The notes: generated from the letters alone by a model not told the origin. 49,510 bases of DNA from Candidatus Melainabacteria bacterium (GCA_023250205.1 JAHFBE010000004.1:4359-53868); one strand, 5' to 3'. Positions 38,119-48,154 are shown, counted from the stretch's first letter. Program-made: numbers and translations.

Positions 38119-38448
38119 ATGTCAACCACATCAAATAATATAGTCAAAGTTTGTAAGGTTAATGAACTTCCTGATGGTCAGGGAAAATCGGTTCAGGCTA
38201 ATGGAAAAGAAATTGGTGTCTTTAATGTAAAAGGCAAATACTATGCCATTGATAATCACTGTATTCATGCTGGTGCACCTTTAACAGATGGTTCTATTGA
38301 TGCTGAAAAATGTCAGGTAGTATGTAGCTGGCATTCATGGACTTTTGATTTGGCTACGGGGAAATGTGTTAGTCATCCAAAGCAAGATGTTTTTACAGGT
38401 ACTTATAATGTAGAAGTTCAGGGTGATGAGATTTTTGTTTCTGTTTAA
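38119..38448 (+). CDS. Rieske [2Fe-2S] ferredoxin (NirD/dioxygenase ferredoxin-like)
   Basis: CxH (CIHAG) and CxxH (CSWH) motifs plus FDLATG. Start at ATG 38119, after TGA-TAAAAT. Confidence 0.9.
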   Translation: MSTTSNNIVKVCKVNELPDGQGKSVQANGKEIGVFNVKGKYYAIDNHCIHAGAPLTDGSIDAEKCQVVCSWHSWTFDLATGKCVSHPKQDVFTGTYNVEVQGDEIFVSV

Positions 38449-38572
38449 TAGGTTTTTTTAGATTAAAAAATGTCTGCACAAAATTAAGAATAAAAAATAA
38501 GAATTAAAAATCTTTTACTTTGTTATAATAATTTCCAATTACAAAAACTAATATTTTAGGAGGGTTAAAATC

Positions 38573-39271
38573 GTGAATCCATTTAGAGTTGTACCTGCAT
38601 TGTTCGGAGGAATTGTTTCTATAATTACTGGGTGTCAAGGAAGGGATGCTTCTAAGCAAGCACCGCTACCTGCTGCCCCAATAGTTGAAGAGAAGAAACC
38701 AGTTGAAGTTACTCCTCCAAGAAAAGAACTAACACCTTATCAAGAACCAAAATATGCATCAAAATTACGTGATTTAAGATTAGGTCGTATAGATATTTCA
38801 AAGAGTTTTAATTTTGAAGCATTTAAGAATGAGGCTGGTGTTTATCAACTTCCTTCAAACAAAGATAAATCATGGATAGATGTTAAAGAATTTCAAAAAT
38901 ATGTTAACAAGGATCTTGTTAGAGAAGTAGTCTTTGATAGAGCATATGTAACAACTACTGGTCCAGGTCTTTTTTCAGCAGAGGCATTTTGGGCTATTGA
39001 TTATTTGGATAGATTAGATCAGTTAACTAAAGAACAATCTAAAGATGGAATAGCAGCCCCAGTAGATGAACAGGATCTTAAATCAAGTTTTCCTGATGTG
39101 CTTGGAGAAAGTGATCTCTATACTGGACTGTTTGATAATGGTCTTATTGTACGTAAAGCAGAATCAAACAAAGTAGAACTTACACCACTTGGACAAGAAG
39201 TTTTAAAAGCATTACGCAGTCCTGATTTAAAGATTGAATATGTGCCTGGTCCTAGCTTGATGAAGATTTAA
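38573..39271 (+). CDS. Putative lipoprotein
   Basis: AGGAGG SD, GTG start, lipobox IITG-C, Pro-rich linker. Confidence 0.7.
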   Translation: MNPFRVVPALFGGIVSIITGCQGRDASKQAPLPAAPIVEEKKPVEVTPPRKELTPYQEPKYASKLRDLRLGRIDISKSFNFEAFKNEAGVYQLPSNKDKSWIDVKEFQKYVNKDLVREVVFDRAYVTTTGPGLFSAEAFWAIDYLDRLDQLTKEQSKDGIAAPVDEQDLKSSFPDVLGESDLYTGLFDNGLIVRKAESNKVELTPLGQEVLKALRSPDLKIEYVPGPSLMKI

Positions 39272-39272
39272 T

Positions 39273-39719
39273 TCATTTTAAATTATTTTCGTCCATCAAT
39301 TCAAAAAATCTTTGAAAGACCAGAGGTCTTTGGCAGTCTCCTGCTTCAAATGCTTTTGCAAGAAGTTCAAATTCTTCCCCAAAGCTTCTTATAATATCTG
39401 CTCTTTCTTTGTTAGATAGGCTTTTGTCTCCAATTAACTTTAGTTTATCTCTTACTTCAAGTTCTGGATTTTCTGGATCTGTTCCAAAGAGAGCGTATAG
39501 TTCCATTTTTGCTCTTTGAGAATAGGAAAAAGCAAGAAGTCCATCATCACCGCTTGAACGAGCCATGCTAACAACTCCTTGTTCAAATTCTTTTCCTGTA
39601 GTTGGTATTGGTGTTTCTGGATGAGCTTTAAAAAAGTCAATAAGCCCGACGGCCATTGCATCTACAAATCTTTCTCCTACTGTAGAATTAGTTATTTTTT
39701 CTGCTCTTGCTATTTTCAT
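39273..39719 (-). CDS. Hypothetical protein (~148 aa)
   Basis: Convergent with the lipoprotein gene. ATG 39719 preferred over TTG 39740. Confidence 0.65.
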   Translation of the reverse strand: MKIARAEKITNSTVGERFVDAMAVGLIDFFKAHPETPIPTTGKEFEQGVVSMARSSGDDGLLAFSYSQRAKMELYALFGTDPENPELEVRDKLKLIGDKSLSNKERADIIRSFGEEFELLAKAFEAGDCQRPLVFQRFFELMDENNLK

Positions 39720-39824
39720 GGGATACTTAATCTTAAACAAGGTATTAATTGTACTATATAGCCTTATATAGAGACTAGGTGATAATAATTAATTAGATTT
39801 GATTGCTCCTGATAGAATATTCTC

Positions 39825-41078
39825 ATGTCATTAGAAGAATTAAGAAAAGTTGACCCAGAAGTGTTAGCAGCTGTTGAAAAAGAATTTAACAGGCAACAAT
39901 CAAAAATTGAATTAATTGCAAGTGAGAATTTTACCAGCCTTGCAGTAATGGAAGCTCAGGGAACAGTTCTTACAAACAAATATGCAGAAGGTTTGCCAGG
40001 AAAAAGATATTATGGCGGCTGTGAGTATGTGGACGATGTTGAAAGGCTTGCTATTGAAAGAGCAAAAAAACTTTTTGGTGCAGAGCATGTAAATGTTCAG
40101 CCACATAGTGGTGCTCAGGCAAACTTCGCAGTATTTTTAGCAATGCTGAAACCAGGAGATACTATCTTAGGAATGTCACTTGATCAAGGTGGACATCTGA
40201 CACATGGTTCAAAAGCAAATGTTTCAGGTAAATGGTTTAGATCTGTTTTTTACGGAGTAAATGAAAACGGAGTTATTGATTATGATGAGCTAGACAAAAT
40301 TGCAAAAGCTGAAAAACCTCAGATGATTATTGCAGGAGCAAGTGCATATTCAAGAACCATTCATTTCGACAGATTTAGACAGATTGCAGATTCTGTTGGT
40401 GCCTTGCTTATGGTAGACATGGCGCATATTGCAGGATTAGTTGCCACGGGTCTTCATCCAAGTCCATTCCCTTATGCTGATTTTGTTACTACTACTACTC
40501 ATAAGACTTTAAGAGGACCAAGAGGTGGTTTAACATTTTGTAGAGAACAGTATGCTAAAAAAATCGACTCAGCAGTTTTCCCTGGCAGTCAGGGTGGACC
40601 ATTAATGCATGTTATTGCTGCAAAGGCTGTAGCATTAAAAGAAGCGCTTTCTCCAGGATTTATAATCTACCAAAAAGCAGTTATTGAAAATGCTCAAGCT
40701 TTGGCAAAAACTTTAATAAATTCAGGAATAGATGTGGTTAGTGGTGGAACAGACAATCATTTACTTTTAGTTGATTTAAGAAAAGTAAATCTTACCGGAA
40801 AAGAAGCAGAAATCTCTTTAGATTCAGTAGGTATGACCTGCAATAAAAACACAATACCTCGTGATCCTCAATCTCCTTTTGTAACCAGTGGAATTAGACT
40901 TGGCACTCCTGCAGTTACCACAAGAGGAATGGGAAGTAAGGAAATGCAAACTATTGGTGAAACTATTGCAGAAGTCTTAAAAAATCCAAATGATGACAAT
41001 ATAAAAAATAAAACAAAACATACTGTAGAATCATTGTGTAGGCAATTTCCACTTTATGCACAGTTTGTTAACAAATAA
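39825..41078 (+). CDS. glyA: Serine hydroxymethyltransferase
   Basis: [30 protein letters not shown] and PLP lysine motif [13 protein letters not shown]. Confidence 0.98.
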   Translation: MSLEELRKVDPEVLAAVEKEFNRQQSKIELIASENFTSLAVMEAQGTVLTNKYAEGLPGKRYYGGCEYVDDVERLAIERAKKLFGAEHVNVQPHSGAQANFAVFLAMLKPGDTILGMSLDQGGHLTHGSKANVSGKWFRSVFYGVNENGVIDYDELDKIAKAEKPQMIIAGASAYSRTIHFDRFRQIADSVGALLMVDMAHIAGLVATGLHPSPFPYADFVTTTTHKTLRGPRGGLTFCREQYAKKIDSAVFPGSQGGPLMHVIAAKAVALKEALSPGFIIYQKAVIENAQALAKTLINSGIDVVSGGTDNHLLLVDLRKVNLTGKEAEISLDSVGMTCNKNTIPRDPQSPFVTSGIRLGTPAVTTRGMGSKEMQTIGETIAEVLKNPNDDNIKNKTKHTVESLCRQFPLYAQFVNK

Positions 41079-42210
41079 AGCTCTCTACCATATTGAGATT
41101 GTTCAAGTCCTGGGTTTTATAATCGCACTATTAATTTCATATTTACTAACTCCATTAATTCAAACCCGTGCATCAAAACTTGGTGTATTGGATAAACCAT
41201 CAAAAAGAAAAATTCACACTACACCTGTTCCTCGGCTTGGTGGAGTTGGTATTTATTTTAGTTTGTTTCTAACATCTCTTGTTTTTATTGCAGTTTACTG
41301 GCACTACAAAATTTCAGTAATTGGGACCTTTTCTCTTCTTGGAATCTTTGCAGGAGGAACTATTATTTTCCTTCTTGGACTTTTAGATGATATTGAGCCT
41401 TTGCCTGCTCGGTATAAGCTTTGTATCCAGGTAATTGCGGCAACGATAGCCTGGTATCTTGGAATAAGAATTATTCATGTCGTTAATCCACTGTATCATG
41501 CTGACTTTTTCTTTTTTAAGTTATCAATTGGAGAGCAATATTTTCATTTTGAAAGGATTATTAGTTATTTAATTACCCTTGTTTGGATTATAGGGATTAC
41601 AAATGCTATTAATCTTGTTGATGGAATGGATGGTCTGGCTACAGGAATCTCTTTAATAAGTGCTATTGCTATATGGGGAGTTGCTGTTGATTATAGAATT
41701 AGTCAACCAGGTGGTGCGCTTATGGCAGCTACATTAGCAGGTTCTCTTTTAGGGTTTTTAAGATGGAATTTCAACCCTGCAAGAATATTTTTAGGAGATT
41801 CCGGGGCTTATTTAACAGGGTTTGTTTTAGCCTGCCTTTCTGTAAGCTGTGTGATAAAAAAAGTAGCTATTGCGGTAGTGTCACCCGTTCTCTTTCTTAT
41901 ATTTGCATTGCCTATAATTGATACAGTTTTTGCTGTTATTAGAAGAACAATAAATAAGAAGTCTATCTTTGATCCGGATAGAGGGCATTTACATCATAGA
42001 ATCCTTGAATTTGGGATTTCTCAAAAATATGCTTCCTATATTTTATATCTGATATCTGCAGTCCTTGGGCTTTTAGCAGCGAGTTTGGTTAGTTACAAAG
42101 CATCTCTGAGATTTTTAGCTTTATCTGCTTTTGTTATTCTTATAGCTTTATTTTATACCTGTGTAATTAACTGGAAAAGACAAAAATTGTTTAGAAATAT
42201 ATTTAAGTGA
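41056..42210 (+). CDS. Glycosyltransferase family 4 (WecA/TagO-like undecaprenyl-phosphate GlcNAc-1-P transferase)
   Basis: [34 protein letters not shown] and HLHH motifs; multi-TM; overlaps the glyA stop. Confidence 0.9.
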   Translation: MHSLLTNKALYHIEIVQVLGFIIALLISYLLTPLIQTRASKLGVLDKPSKRKIHTTPVPRLGGVGIYFSLFLTSLVFIAVYWHYKISVIGTFSLLGIFAGGTIIFLLGLLDDIEPLPARYKLCIQVIAATIAWYLGIRIIHVVNPLYHADFFFFKLSIGEQYFHFERIISYLITLVWIIGITNAINLVDGMDGLATGISLISAIAIWGVAVDYRISQPGGALMAATLAGSLLGFLRWNFNPARIFLGDSGAYLTGFVLACLSVSCVIKKVAIAVVSPVLFLIFALPIIDTVFAVIRRTINKKSIFDPDRGHLHHRILEFGISQKYASYILYLISAVLGLLAASLVSYKASLRFLALSAFVILIALFYTCVINWKRQKLFRNIFK

Positions 42211-42223
42211 CATCATAAAAACC

Positions 42224-42253
42224 AAAAAACAGAGATTTTACTCTCTGCTTTTT
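42224..42253 (+). terminator. Rho-independent terminator, possibly bidirectional
   Basis: AAAAAA-CAGAGA-TTTTAC-TCTCTG-CTTTTT just after the GT4 gene. Confidence 0.55.
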
Positions 42254-42464
42254 AGGTGTGTGTGTTTTAGGAAAAATTGAGGAGAAAAAAGATGTTTATT
42301 CCTCAAGAAAACAATGTTTTCACGTTCTAAAATACACCAAGATATTTAAGATGAAATTAAGAGATTTATAAAATTTCTTTTATCTTTGAATTAAAAATAA
42401 ATTAACCTTTCAGTAGTACTATCCCTATGTGAGTTTTAGGAAAAATTGAAAGGGAGAAAGTAAT

Positions 42465-42599
42465 ATGGCAGATACAACAATTAGTTCTAGTGTTGGTCAA
42501 GTGAAAGATACACCAAAGCCCGCAGGAGTCGTAGGTGAATCTGAAATTGAAGATTCATCTACAGAGCTTAGTAAGCTAAGTCAATCTCGCCCTTCATAG
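42465..42599 (+). CDS. Small Ser-rich protein (44 aa, MADTTISSSVGQVKDTPKPAG...)
   Basis: Below the ORF-track cutoff. AGGGAG SD upstream and a terminator hairpin downstream. Confidence 0.55.
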   Translation: MADTTISSSVGQVKDTPKPAGVVGESEIEDSSTELSKLSQSRPS

Positions 42600-42616
42600 A
42601 CTTAGGTCAAGTATTT

Positions 42617-42656
42617 AATAGCCACAATAATTTACTTTGTTGTGGCTATTGATTTT
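42617..42656 (+). terminator. Rho-independent terminator
   Basis: AATAGCCACAATA...TGTTGTGGCTATT stem followed by GATTTT. Confidence 0.6.
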
Positions 42657-42689
42657 ATTAAGCTTGTTTTAGGAAAGTAAAGGTGTGTC

Positions 42690-42911
42690 ATGTTTCTTTT
42701 GAATTTTGATCCTTTTGGCTCGGGGAAATTTAATCATACATTTGGAAGGCTTGTTCAGCTGTTTGCTCAAAATCAAGAGTTGTCCTCAGGAACCTCAGGT
42801 CCTGAAAATAAGAAATCTACATTTAAAGATATATTAGAACAACTTAAAAATTATAAGGAAAATCAGACAGAAGTGAGACCTAATATTAATATTAATCATT
42901 TCTTTGATTAG
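42690..42911 (+). CDS. Small hypothetical protein (73 aa)
   Basis: AAGGTG SD upstream; convergent with the next gene. Confidence 0.5.
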   Translation: MFLLNFDPFGSGKFNHTFGRLVQLFAQNQELSSGTSGPENKKSTFKDILEQLKNYKENQTEVRPNININHFFD

Positions 42912-42914
42912 ATA

Positions 42915-43919
42915 TTAATACTCTGGGTCTGTAGCCCCTCCCCCCTGATTAAAGAAGAGATCATATGGGATTTGTCCAGGAAATTGATTTTGTTGACCAT
43001 AGGGATTGTTTTGATTTGAAGGATTTTGTTGAGGAGCTTGATATCCGTAGTTTTGTTGAGGGGGCATAAATCCATAGTTTTGTTGTGGTACCTGTTGTTG
43101 AATTAGAGGTTGTGGAATCATAACTGAAATAGGGTTGCCTTCAGGATCTTTTACTGTTTCTCCTTTCTCATCTATTAATAAACCTGTATTTGGATTTATA
43201 GAATAGCTTTTGGGTACATTGTTTTGAGGCTTTGCTGCTTGGGTATTTGTATTTTGGTTTTCAATAGTAGGGAGGTTTATTTTGTCATCTTTTTGAACGG
43301 GTAATCCTGTTTTGCTTACCAAAATAGTTACTCTTTCAAGAAGTGGCTTAGCTTTGTTTTCTAAGACTTCTTTCCTTGATAGAAGTCTTTCTTCAAGAGC
43401 ATTAATTCTTGCTTGAAAAGGATAATCATTAAATGTCATATTGAACATTTTCGTTTCAATTTGATTGATAGCGCCTATTATCCCCTCTTTTTCAGCTTGT
43501 TCTTTAGGAGGAGTATCATTAACTATTTCTGGTTTTATTTCGCTAATAGATTCTGATTTGATTTCAGGTTCTTCTTCTTTAGGAATATTTAGAGCAGTAG
43601 AGATTTTTTCAATCCTTCGCTCAATTGATTCTTTTAAATTTTCACTTCCAAAGAAGAACTTCTCTAGCCTAGATAATCTGACTTCTTCAGATTCTTTTTT
43701 GTAGTTTTGATGAAAGATTCTCTCTTCGATATCATCAAGTTTTTTATTTGATAAGACTTGCTCTTGTTTTAAATCGGGTTCTTGTGCTTCAACGATTTGA
43801 TAGTAATAAATGTTTAATATAGGTAGGCTTAAAAAAGCAATAAGAAAAACAGAAAGGCTTAAATTGTTAAAACCTTTTCTTTTTCTTTGCGTTTGCGCTT
43901 TTTCTTTTCTTCTTAACAC
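42915..43919 (-). CDS. Secreted hypothetical protein with repeated LE..F....RL..LE helical motifs and a Gln/Pro-rich tail
   Basis: Basic n-region + hydrophobic h-region + VEA-Q. The GTG start overlaps the rpsU 3' end, so the start is uncertain. Confidence 0.75.
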   Translation of the reverse strand: MLRRKEKAQTQRKRKGFNNLSLSVFLIAFLSLPILNIYYYQIVEAQEPDLKQEQVLSNKKLDDIEERIFHQNYKKESEEVRLSRLEKFFFGSENLKESIERRIEKISTALNIPKEEEPEIKSESISEIKPEIVNDTPPKEQAEKEGIIGAINQIETKMFNMTFNDYPFQARINALEERLLSRKEVLENKAKPLLERVTILVSKTGLPVQKDDKINLPTIENQNTNTQAAKPQNNVPKSYSINPNTGLLIDEKGETVKDPEGNPISVMIPQPLIQQQVPQQNYGFMPPQQNYGYQAPQQNPSNQNNPYGQQNQFPGQIPYDLFFNQGGGATDPEY

Positions 43920-44043
43920 TTGGCTTTTCGTAATGTTCTCTACGACGAACTTCAGTTAAGATACCTGCTTTTTGTACTTTTTTCTTAAATCTTTTTAAAG
44001 CAGACTCTAAACTTTCACCATCTTCAATTCTAACTTCAGACAA
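43867..44043 (-). CDS. rpsU: 30S ribosomal protein S21
   Basis: Not in the ORF track. TTG start after AGGAGG; translation [48 protein letters not shown]... Confidence 0.96.
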   Translation of the reverse strand: MSEVRIEDGESLESALKRFKKKVQKAGILTEVRRREHYEKPSVKKKRKSANAKKKKRF

Positions 44044-44183
44044 AATAACCTCCTGTTTAATTTCTACCCAAATATCAGATTAATATATTATCACAGGAAT
44101 AGAAATAGTTAACAGAATAAAAACAGGTGATTTGTGTCTTAATAACAGCTTTTATAAAGGTTTTAGCAATTACGAGTTACTCT

Positions 44184-45569
44184 TTAATTCAAATACTTAA
44201 GAGTGGATGAAATTATCATTAGATAAAACGTAAAAGTTAGTATATCAAGCACTGTCGTTATTATTGGTGAACTTGCAGCGGCAGGATCTTTTTTTAAGTA
44301 TTGGAGCAGGATAGGAAATATTGTTCCTAATAGCACTGCGCTTATAATAGAGCATACAAGAGCAAATGCCACAATCAAGCCTAATGTGGGATCACTGTGT
44401 TGCAGCCATGCAATAAGACCTGTAACAAGTGAGCAAATTAATCCAATAATAATTCCAATTTTTAATTCATGGAAAATATGTTTTGCAGTATTTTTTAAAT
44501 CTATATCACCAGTAACTAGCCCTCTTACAATAATTGTGGCTGTTTGTCCACCTACGTTTCCTGAAAGCCCTGAGAGCAATGGCATAAATGAAATAGCAAT
44601 TGGTGCAGAGATAATTGTTTTATCATAAGATGCAATTATAAGTGCAGCAATTGCTTCTCCAATAAGTGTTATTAATAACCAGGGTAGCCTTGCTTGTACT
44701 GCAAACGTTACTTTTCCAGAAATAAGTTCATCGGATTGAAACTCATCGCTAATACCAGAACCTTGATAAATATCTTCGGTAGTTTCTCTGCTTAAAATAT
44801 CAACAACATCGTCAATAGTTACTATTCCTTTTAAGCTGTATTCTTCATCTACAATTGGAAGTGCAATGAGATCATATTTTGAAATTGCTTTTGCAACATG
44901 TTCCTGGTCATCAGTTACTTTACAGGTGATTACATCAGTGTTCATGTGGTTTGCTACTAGATCATTTGGTGGGGCAGAAATTAAATTTCTTAAACTTATA
45001 ACCCCGACAAGTTTATTGCCGTTGTCAACTACATATAAATAATAAATCTGAGCTTTATATTCTGGAGCCTGCCTGCGTACGTAATTAAAAGCCAGATGAA
45101 TAGTCATATCTGATCTGAGTCTTAAAAAATCTGTAGACATTTTTCCACCAGCAGATTCTGGCGGGTAATGAATAAGTTCTTGTACATGTGCTTGTTGAAC
45201 CGGGTCGGGTAAAGTTTTTAACAGTGAGTATTTCTCTTTTTCAGGAAGCTGAATGATAAGGTCGGTAGCATCATCTACATCCATTTGAGAAATTATGCTG
45301 CTAAATTTTTCCGTACCAAGAGTCTTTAGCAATTTCATTTGTGTTTCTGAACTTAACTCTGTAAGAACAGTGCTTGCAATTTCAAGTTCAAGCAAAGAAA
45401 AACAAAATATTCTTTCCTCATCTTTTAAATTCTCTAGAACAGGGGCAATATCCTGAGGATACTGGTCGTTTACAAGCTCTTTCAATTCCTGCTCATGAGC
45501 ATTTTCAAGTAACTCATTCACTTTTTCAGATAAAGTTTTTTCTGGTTTTATTTCTTTTTTTACAGGCAT
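44184..45569 (-). CDS. mgtE: Magnesium transporter MgtE
   Basis: MgtE N-domain, CBS pair, ARLPWL, GNVGGQ and DPA.ASSPIITTVLD. Confidence 0.95.
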   Translation of the reverse strand: MPVKKEIKPEKTLSEKVNELLENAHEQELKELVNDQYPQDIAPVLENLKDEERIFCFSLLELEIASTVLTELSSETQMKLLKTLGTEKFSSIISQMDVDDATDLIIQLPEKEKYSLLKTLPDPVQQAHVQELIHYPPESAGGKMSTDFLRLRSDMTIHLAFNYVRRQAPEYKAQIYYLYVVDNGNKLVGVISLRNLISAPPNDLVANHMNTDVITCKVTDDQEHVAKAISKYDLIALPIVDEEYSLKGIVTIDDVVDILSRETTEDIYQGSGISDEFQSDELISGKVTFAVQARLPWLLITLIGEAIAALIIASYDKTIISAPIAISFMPLLSGLSGNVGGQTATIIVRGLVTGDIDLKNTAKHIFHELKIGIIIGLICSLVTGLIAWLQHSDPTLGLIVAFALVCSIISAVLLGTIFPILLQYLKKDPAAASSPIITTVLDILTFTFYLMIISSTLKYLN

Positions 45570-45667
45570 AACATCTAGGATAGTACATGAGTCGTGAATC
45601 GTAAATCATGAATTAAAGATTTTAGACTATGGATAATAGTTGAATGCTAAGGGGTTTCTATGAATTA

Positions 45668-46366
45668 CTAATCACGATGTTTTGGAATTGTTACTTCAGT
45701 AGGCATTGTTTTTTCGTGACCAGCACCAGATTTCTTCCCGATAAACTGAGAAGTTCTTTCTCGTGTAGTTTGTAAGATCTCTTCATCCATGAATAATAAT
45801 CCATTTGCTTTAGCTGCAGCAATAGCAGCTTTCTGCTCTTCACTATCAGGCTCTTTAACTATGTATGGAATTAAACTATCAAGATCTATAAATCTATCAG
45901 CAACATCTATTAATTTAGGAGAAGTATTGTTTCTGAAGCCAGCGACTTCAATGCGTGTTCCTTTGTAGGCAACAGCATTTACAGCATAAGCAAAATCCTC
46001 ATCTCCACTAACTAGAATAGCTGTATCATATTTCCCGGATAAGCTAAGCATGTCCACTGCTATTTCAACATCAAGGTTTGCTTTTTTTGTACCATCAGGA
46101 AAAATCTTTAATTCTTTTTGTACTACTCTATAGCCATTTCTTCTCATCCAAAGTAAAAACCCTTGTTGTTTTGCAGCGTTTTCGTCTACACCGGTGTAAA
46201 AAAATGCTCTAAGTAAAGACCCACTATTGCAAAGTAGTTTTAACAGTTTTGCATAATCAATTTCTATACCAATTGTTCTTGCTGCATGAAAGAGGTTATT
46301 ACCATCAATAAAGATTGCTATTTTTCCTCTTGAGCTACCGCCAATTGTGTTAAGTGGATTGTCCAT
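45668..46366 (-). CDS. NYN domain protein (LabA/DUF88 family)
   Basis: IFIDGNNLF, KKANLDVEIAVDM, LVSGDEDF and LIDVADRFIDL. Confidence 0.92.
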   Translation of the reverse strand: MDNPLNTIGGSSRGKIAIFIDGNNLFHAARTIGIEIDYAKLLKLLCNSGSLLRAFFYTGVDENAAKQQGFLLWMRRNGYRVVQKELKIFPDGTKKANLDVEIAVDMLSLSGKYDTAILVSGDEDFAYAVNAVAYKGTRIEVAGFRNNTSPKLIDVADRFIDLDSLIPYIVKEPDSEEQKAAIAAAKANGLLFMDEEILQTTRERTSQFIGKKSGAGHEKTMPTEVTIPKHRD

Positions 46367-46429
46367 GTATGTGCTCCTTAAATATAGTTTCTATTAAAAT
46401 TTTTATCTTTATAACTGCCCTAGTTATAC

Positions 46430-47980
46430 TTATTTAGTTATTTCAATCCTTGGAAAAACTGGCTTTGCTTCATTTAGGTTAAAGCTTTTTTCCTTGCTCT
46501 TCCAGCCTAACTTTTCCCACTCATTATACATGTCTAGATTATTAAATCCAAGCTGGTTGTATATCTTTATACTAGTTTCAGGTATAAATGGGTTAATTAG
46601 AATAGTTATATTCCACAATACCATTAATGTTTCGTAAAGACAAGATTTTGCGTCTTCCATTTCATTGTTTTTAATTAATTTCCAGGGGGCTTTATCATTA
46701 AATGCTTTGTTTGTTTTATCAATTAGCTGCCAAACAACATCAAGAGCCTCTTTCAATTCAAGGTTATCCATATGATTTTTATAGGCTTCTATTGTAGTGA
46801 TAGCACTATCTTTTAATCCTAGATAATTGTCGTTTTCTGGGCATTCAATGACACTGTTGTAATTTTTATGAGCAAGGTTCAATGTCCTGTTTAAAAGGTT
46901 TCCAAGATTATTTGCAAGATCGGAATTTATTCTGTTTATGAAATTTGTTCTTGAATAATCCCCATCTTTTCCAAAACCAATTTCTCTTAAAAAGAAAAAA
47001 CGAACAGCATCAGCTCCAAATTCTCTTACAAGCTCATAAGGATCAATGATATTTCCAGTAGTCTTTCCCATTTTTTCACCATCTTTGGTTAGAAAACCAT
47101 GTCCAAAGACTTTTTGAGGAAGTGGTAATCCTGCAGACATAAGCATGCAAGGCCAGTAAACTGCATGAAAGCGTAAAATATCTTTTCCAATGATGTGGAT
47201 GGAACAAGGCCAATATTTTTTTGTGGCTGATTCAATTGTTGGAGAATCAGTATCATTCAACAATCCGGATATATAACCAAGTAAGGCATCAAACCAGACA
47301 TAAATAGTTTGTTTGGTTTCATTTGGTATTGGAATTCCCCAGCTTACAGATTGTCTTGAAATCGGAAAGTCTCTCAAGCCTTCTTTTACCCATCCAAGGA
47401 CTTCGTTCTTTCTATAGGAAGGTTGTATAAAGTCAGGATTTTTTTCAAAGTGGTCTACAAGTTGTTTCTCATATTTTGAAAGTGCAAAAAAATAATTTTT
47501 TTCTTTGTATTCTTGAGCCTTTTGCTTATGTATAGGACAAAGTTTATCTTCTGTTAAATCTTTCTCAGATTTAAAATCTTCGCACCCCTCACAATACAAA
47601 CCCTCGTAATCCGCCTCATAAATATCTCCATTTTTATAGACTCTGTTAAAAAAATCCTGAACTATTTTTTCGTGCTTATTTGATGTTGTTCTTGAAAATA
47701 TTTCATATTTTATATTCAAAAGATTCCAGAGTTCTTTGAACTTATCGCTTATAAAATCACAGTGTTCTTGTGGAGATTTATTTTCAGCTTTTGCTGCCTT
47801 TGCGATTTTTTGCCCGTGTTCATCTGTTCCGGTCAGGAAGCATACGTCAAATCCTCTTAGTCTTTTATAGCGGGCAATAGTATCGCAGGCAATGGTAGTG
47901 TAAGCACTTCCAACATGAGGCACATCATTTACGTAGTAAAGAGGTGAGGTAATATAAAAAGTTTTATTATTGTGGTTCAC
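46430..47980 (-). CDS. metG: Methionine--tRNA ligase (short form, no C-terminal tRNA-binding domain)
   Basis: YYVNDVPHVGSAY, TGTDEHG, YVWFDAL, GKDILRFH and KMGKT. Confidence 0.96.
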   Translation of the reverse strand: MNHNNKTFYITSPLYYVNDVPHVGSAYTTIACDTIARYKRLRGFDVCFLTGTDEHGQKIAKAAKAENKSPQEHCDFISDKFKELWNLLNIKYEIFSRTTSNKHEKIVQDFFNRVYKNGDIYEADYEGLYCEGCEDFKSEKDLTEDKLCPIHKQKAQEYKEKNYFFALSKYEKQLVDHFEKNPDFIQPSYRKNEVLGWVKEGLRDFPISRQSVSWGIPIPNETKQTIYVWFDALLGYISGLLNDTDSPTIESATKKYWPCSIHIIGKDILRFHAVYWPCMLMSAGLPLPQKVFGHGFLTKDGEKMGKTTGNIIDPYELVREFGADAVRFFFLREIGFGKDGDYSRTNFINRINSDLANNLGNLLNRTLNLAHKNYNSVIECPENDNYLGLKDSAITTIEAYKNHMDNLELKEALDVVWQLIDKTNKAFNDKAPWKLIKNNEMEDAKSCLYETLMVLWNITILINPFIPETSIKIYNQLGFNNLDMYNEWEKLGWKSKEKSFNLNEAKPVFPRIEITK

Positions 47981-48006
47981 AGGCTTTATTTTAGCAATTG
48001 ATATTT

Positions 48007-48132
48007 GTCATTGCGAGCGAAGCGAAGCAATCTTATACCAAAGTAAATGTAAATAAGACCTCTTTAAGGCATTGATATTATGCGATAGCTGCTGTTTAAG
48101 ATTGCTTTGTCACTATCGCTCCTCGCAATGAC
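48007..48132. repeat. Palindromic REP-like element, GTCATTGCGAG family, full copy
   Basis: GTCATTGCGAGCGAAGCGAAGCAATCTTA...TAAGATTGCTTTGTCACTATCGCTCCTCGCAATGAC. Confidence 0.88.
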
Positions 48133-48154
48133 GCAAACAGTTACATTGTTTTGT

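Noticed and set aside
45668-46366. NYN protein as part of a toxin-antitoxin or defence system
   Set aside because: It is a conserved LabA/DUF88-type gene among housekeeping genes, with no antitoxin partner.
488-48132. GTCATTGCGAG repeats as a CRISPR array or IS ends
   Set aside because: Copies are dispersed and self-inverted, with no regular repeat-spacer period, no cas genes and no enclosed transposase.
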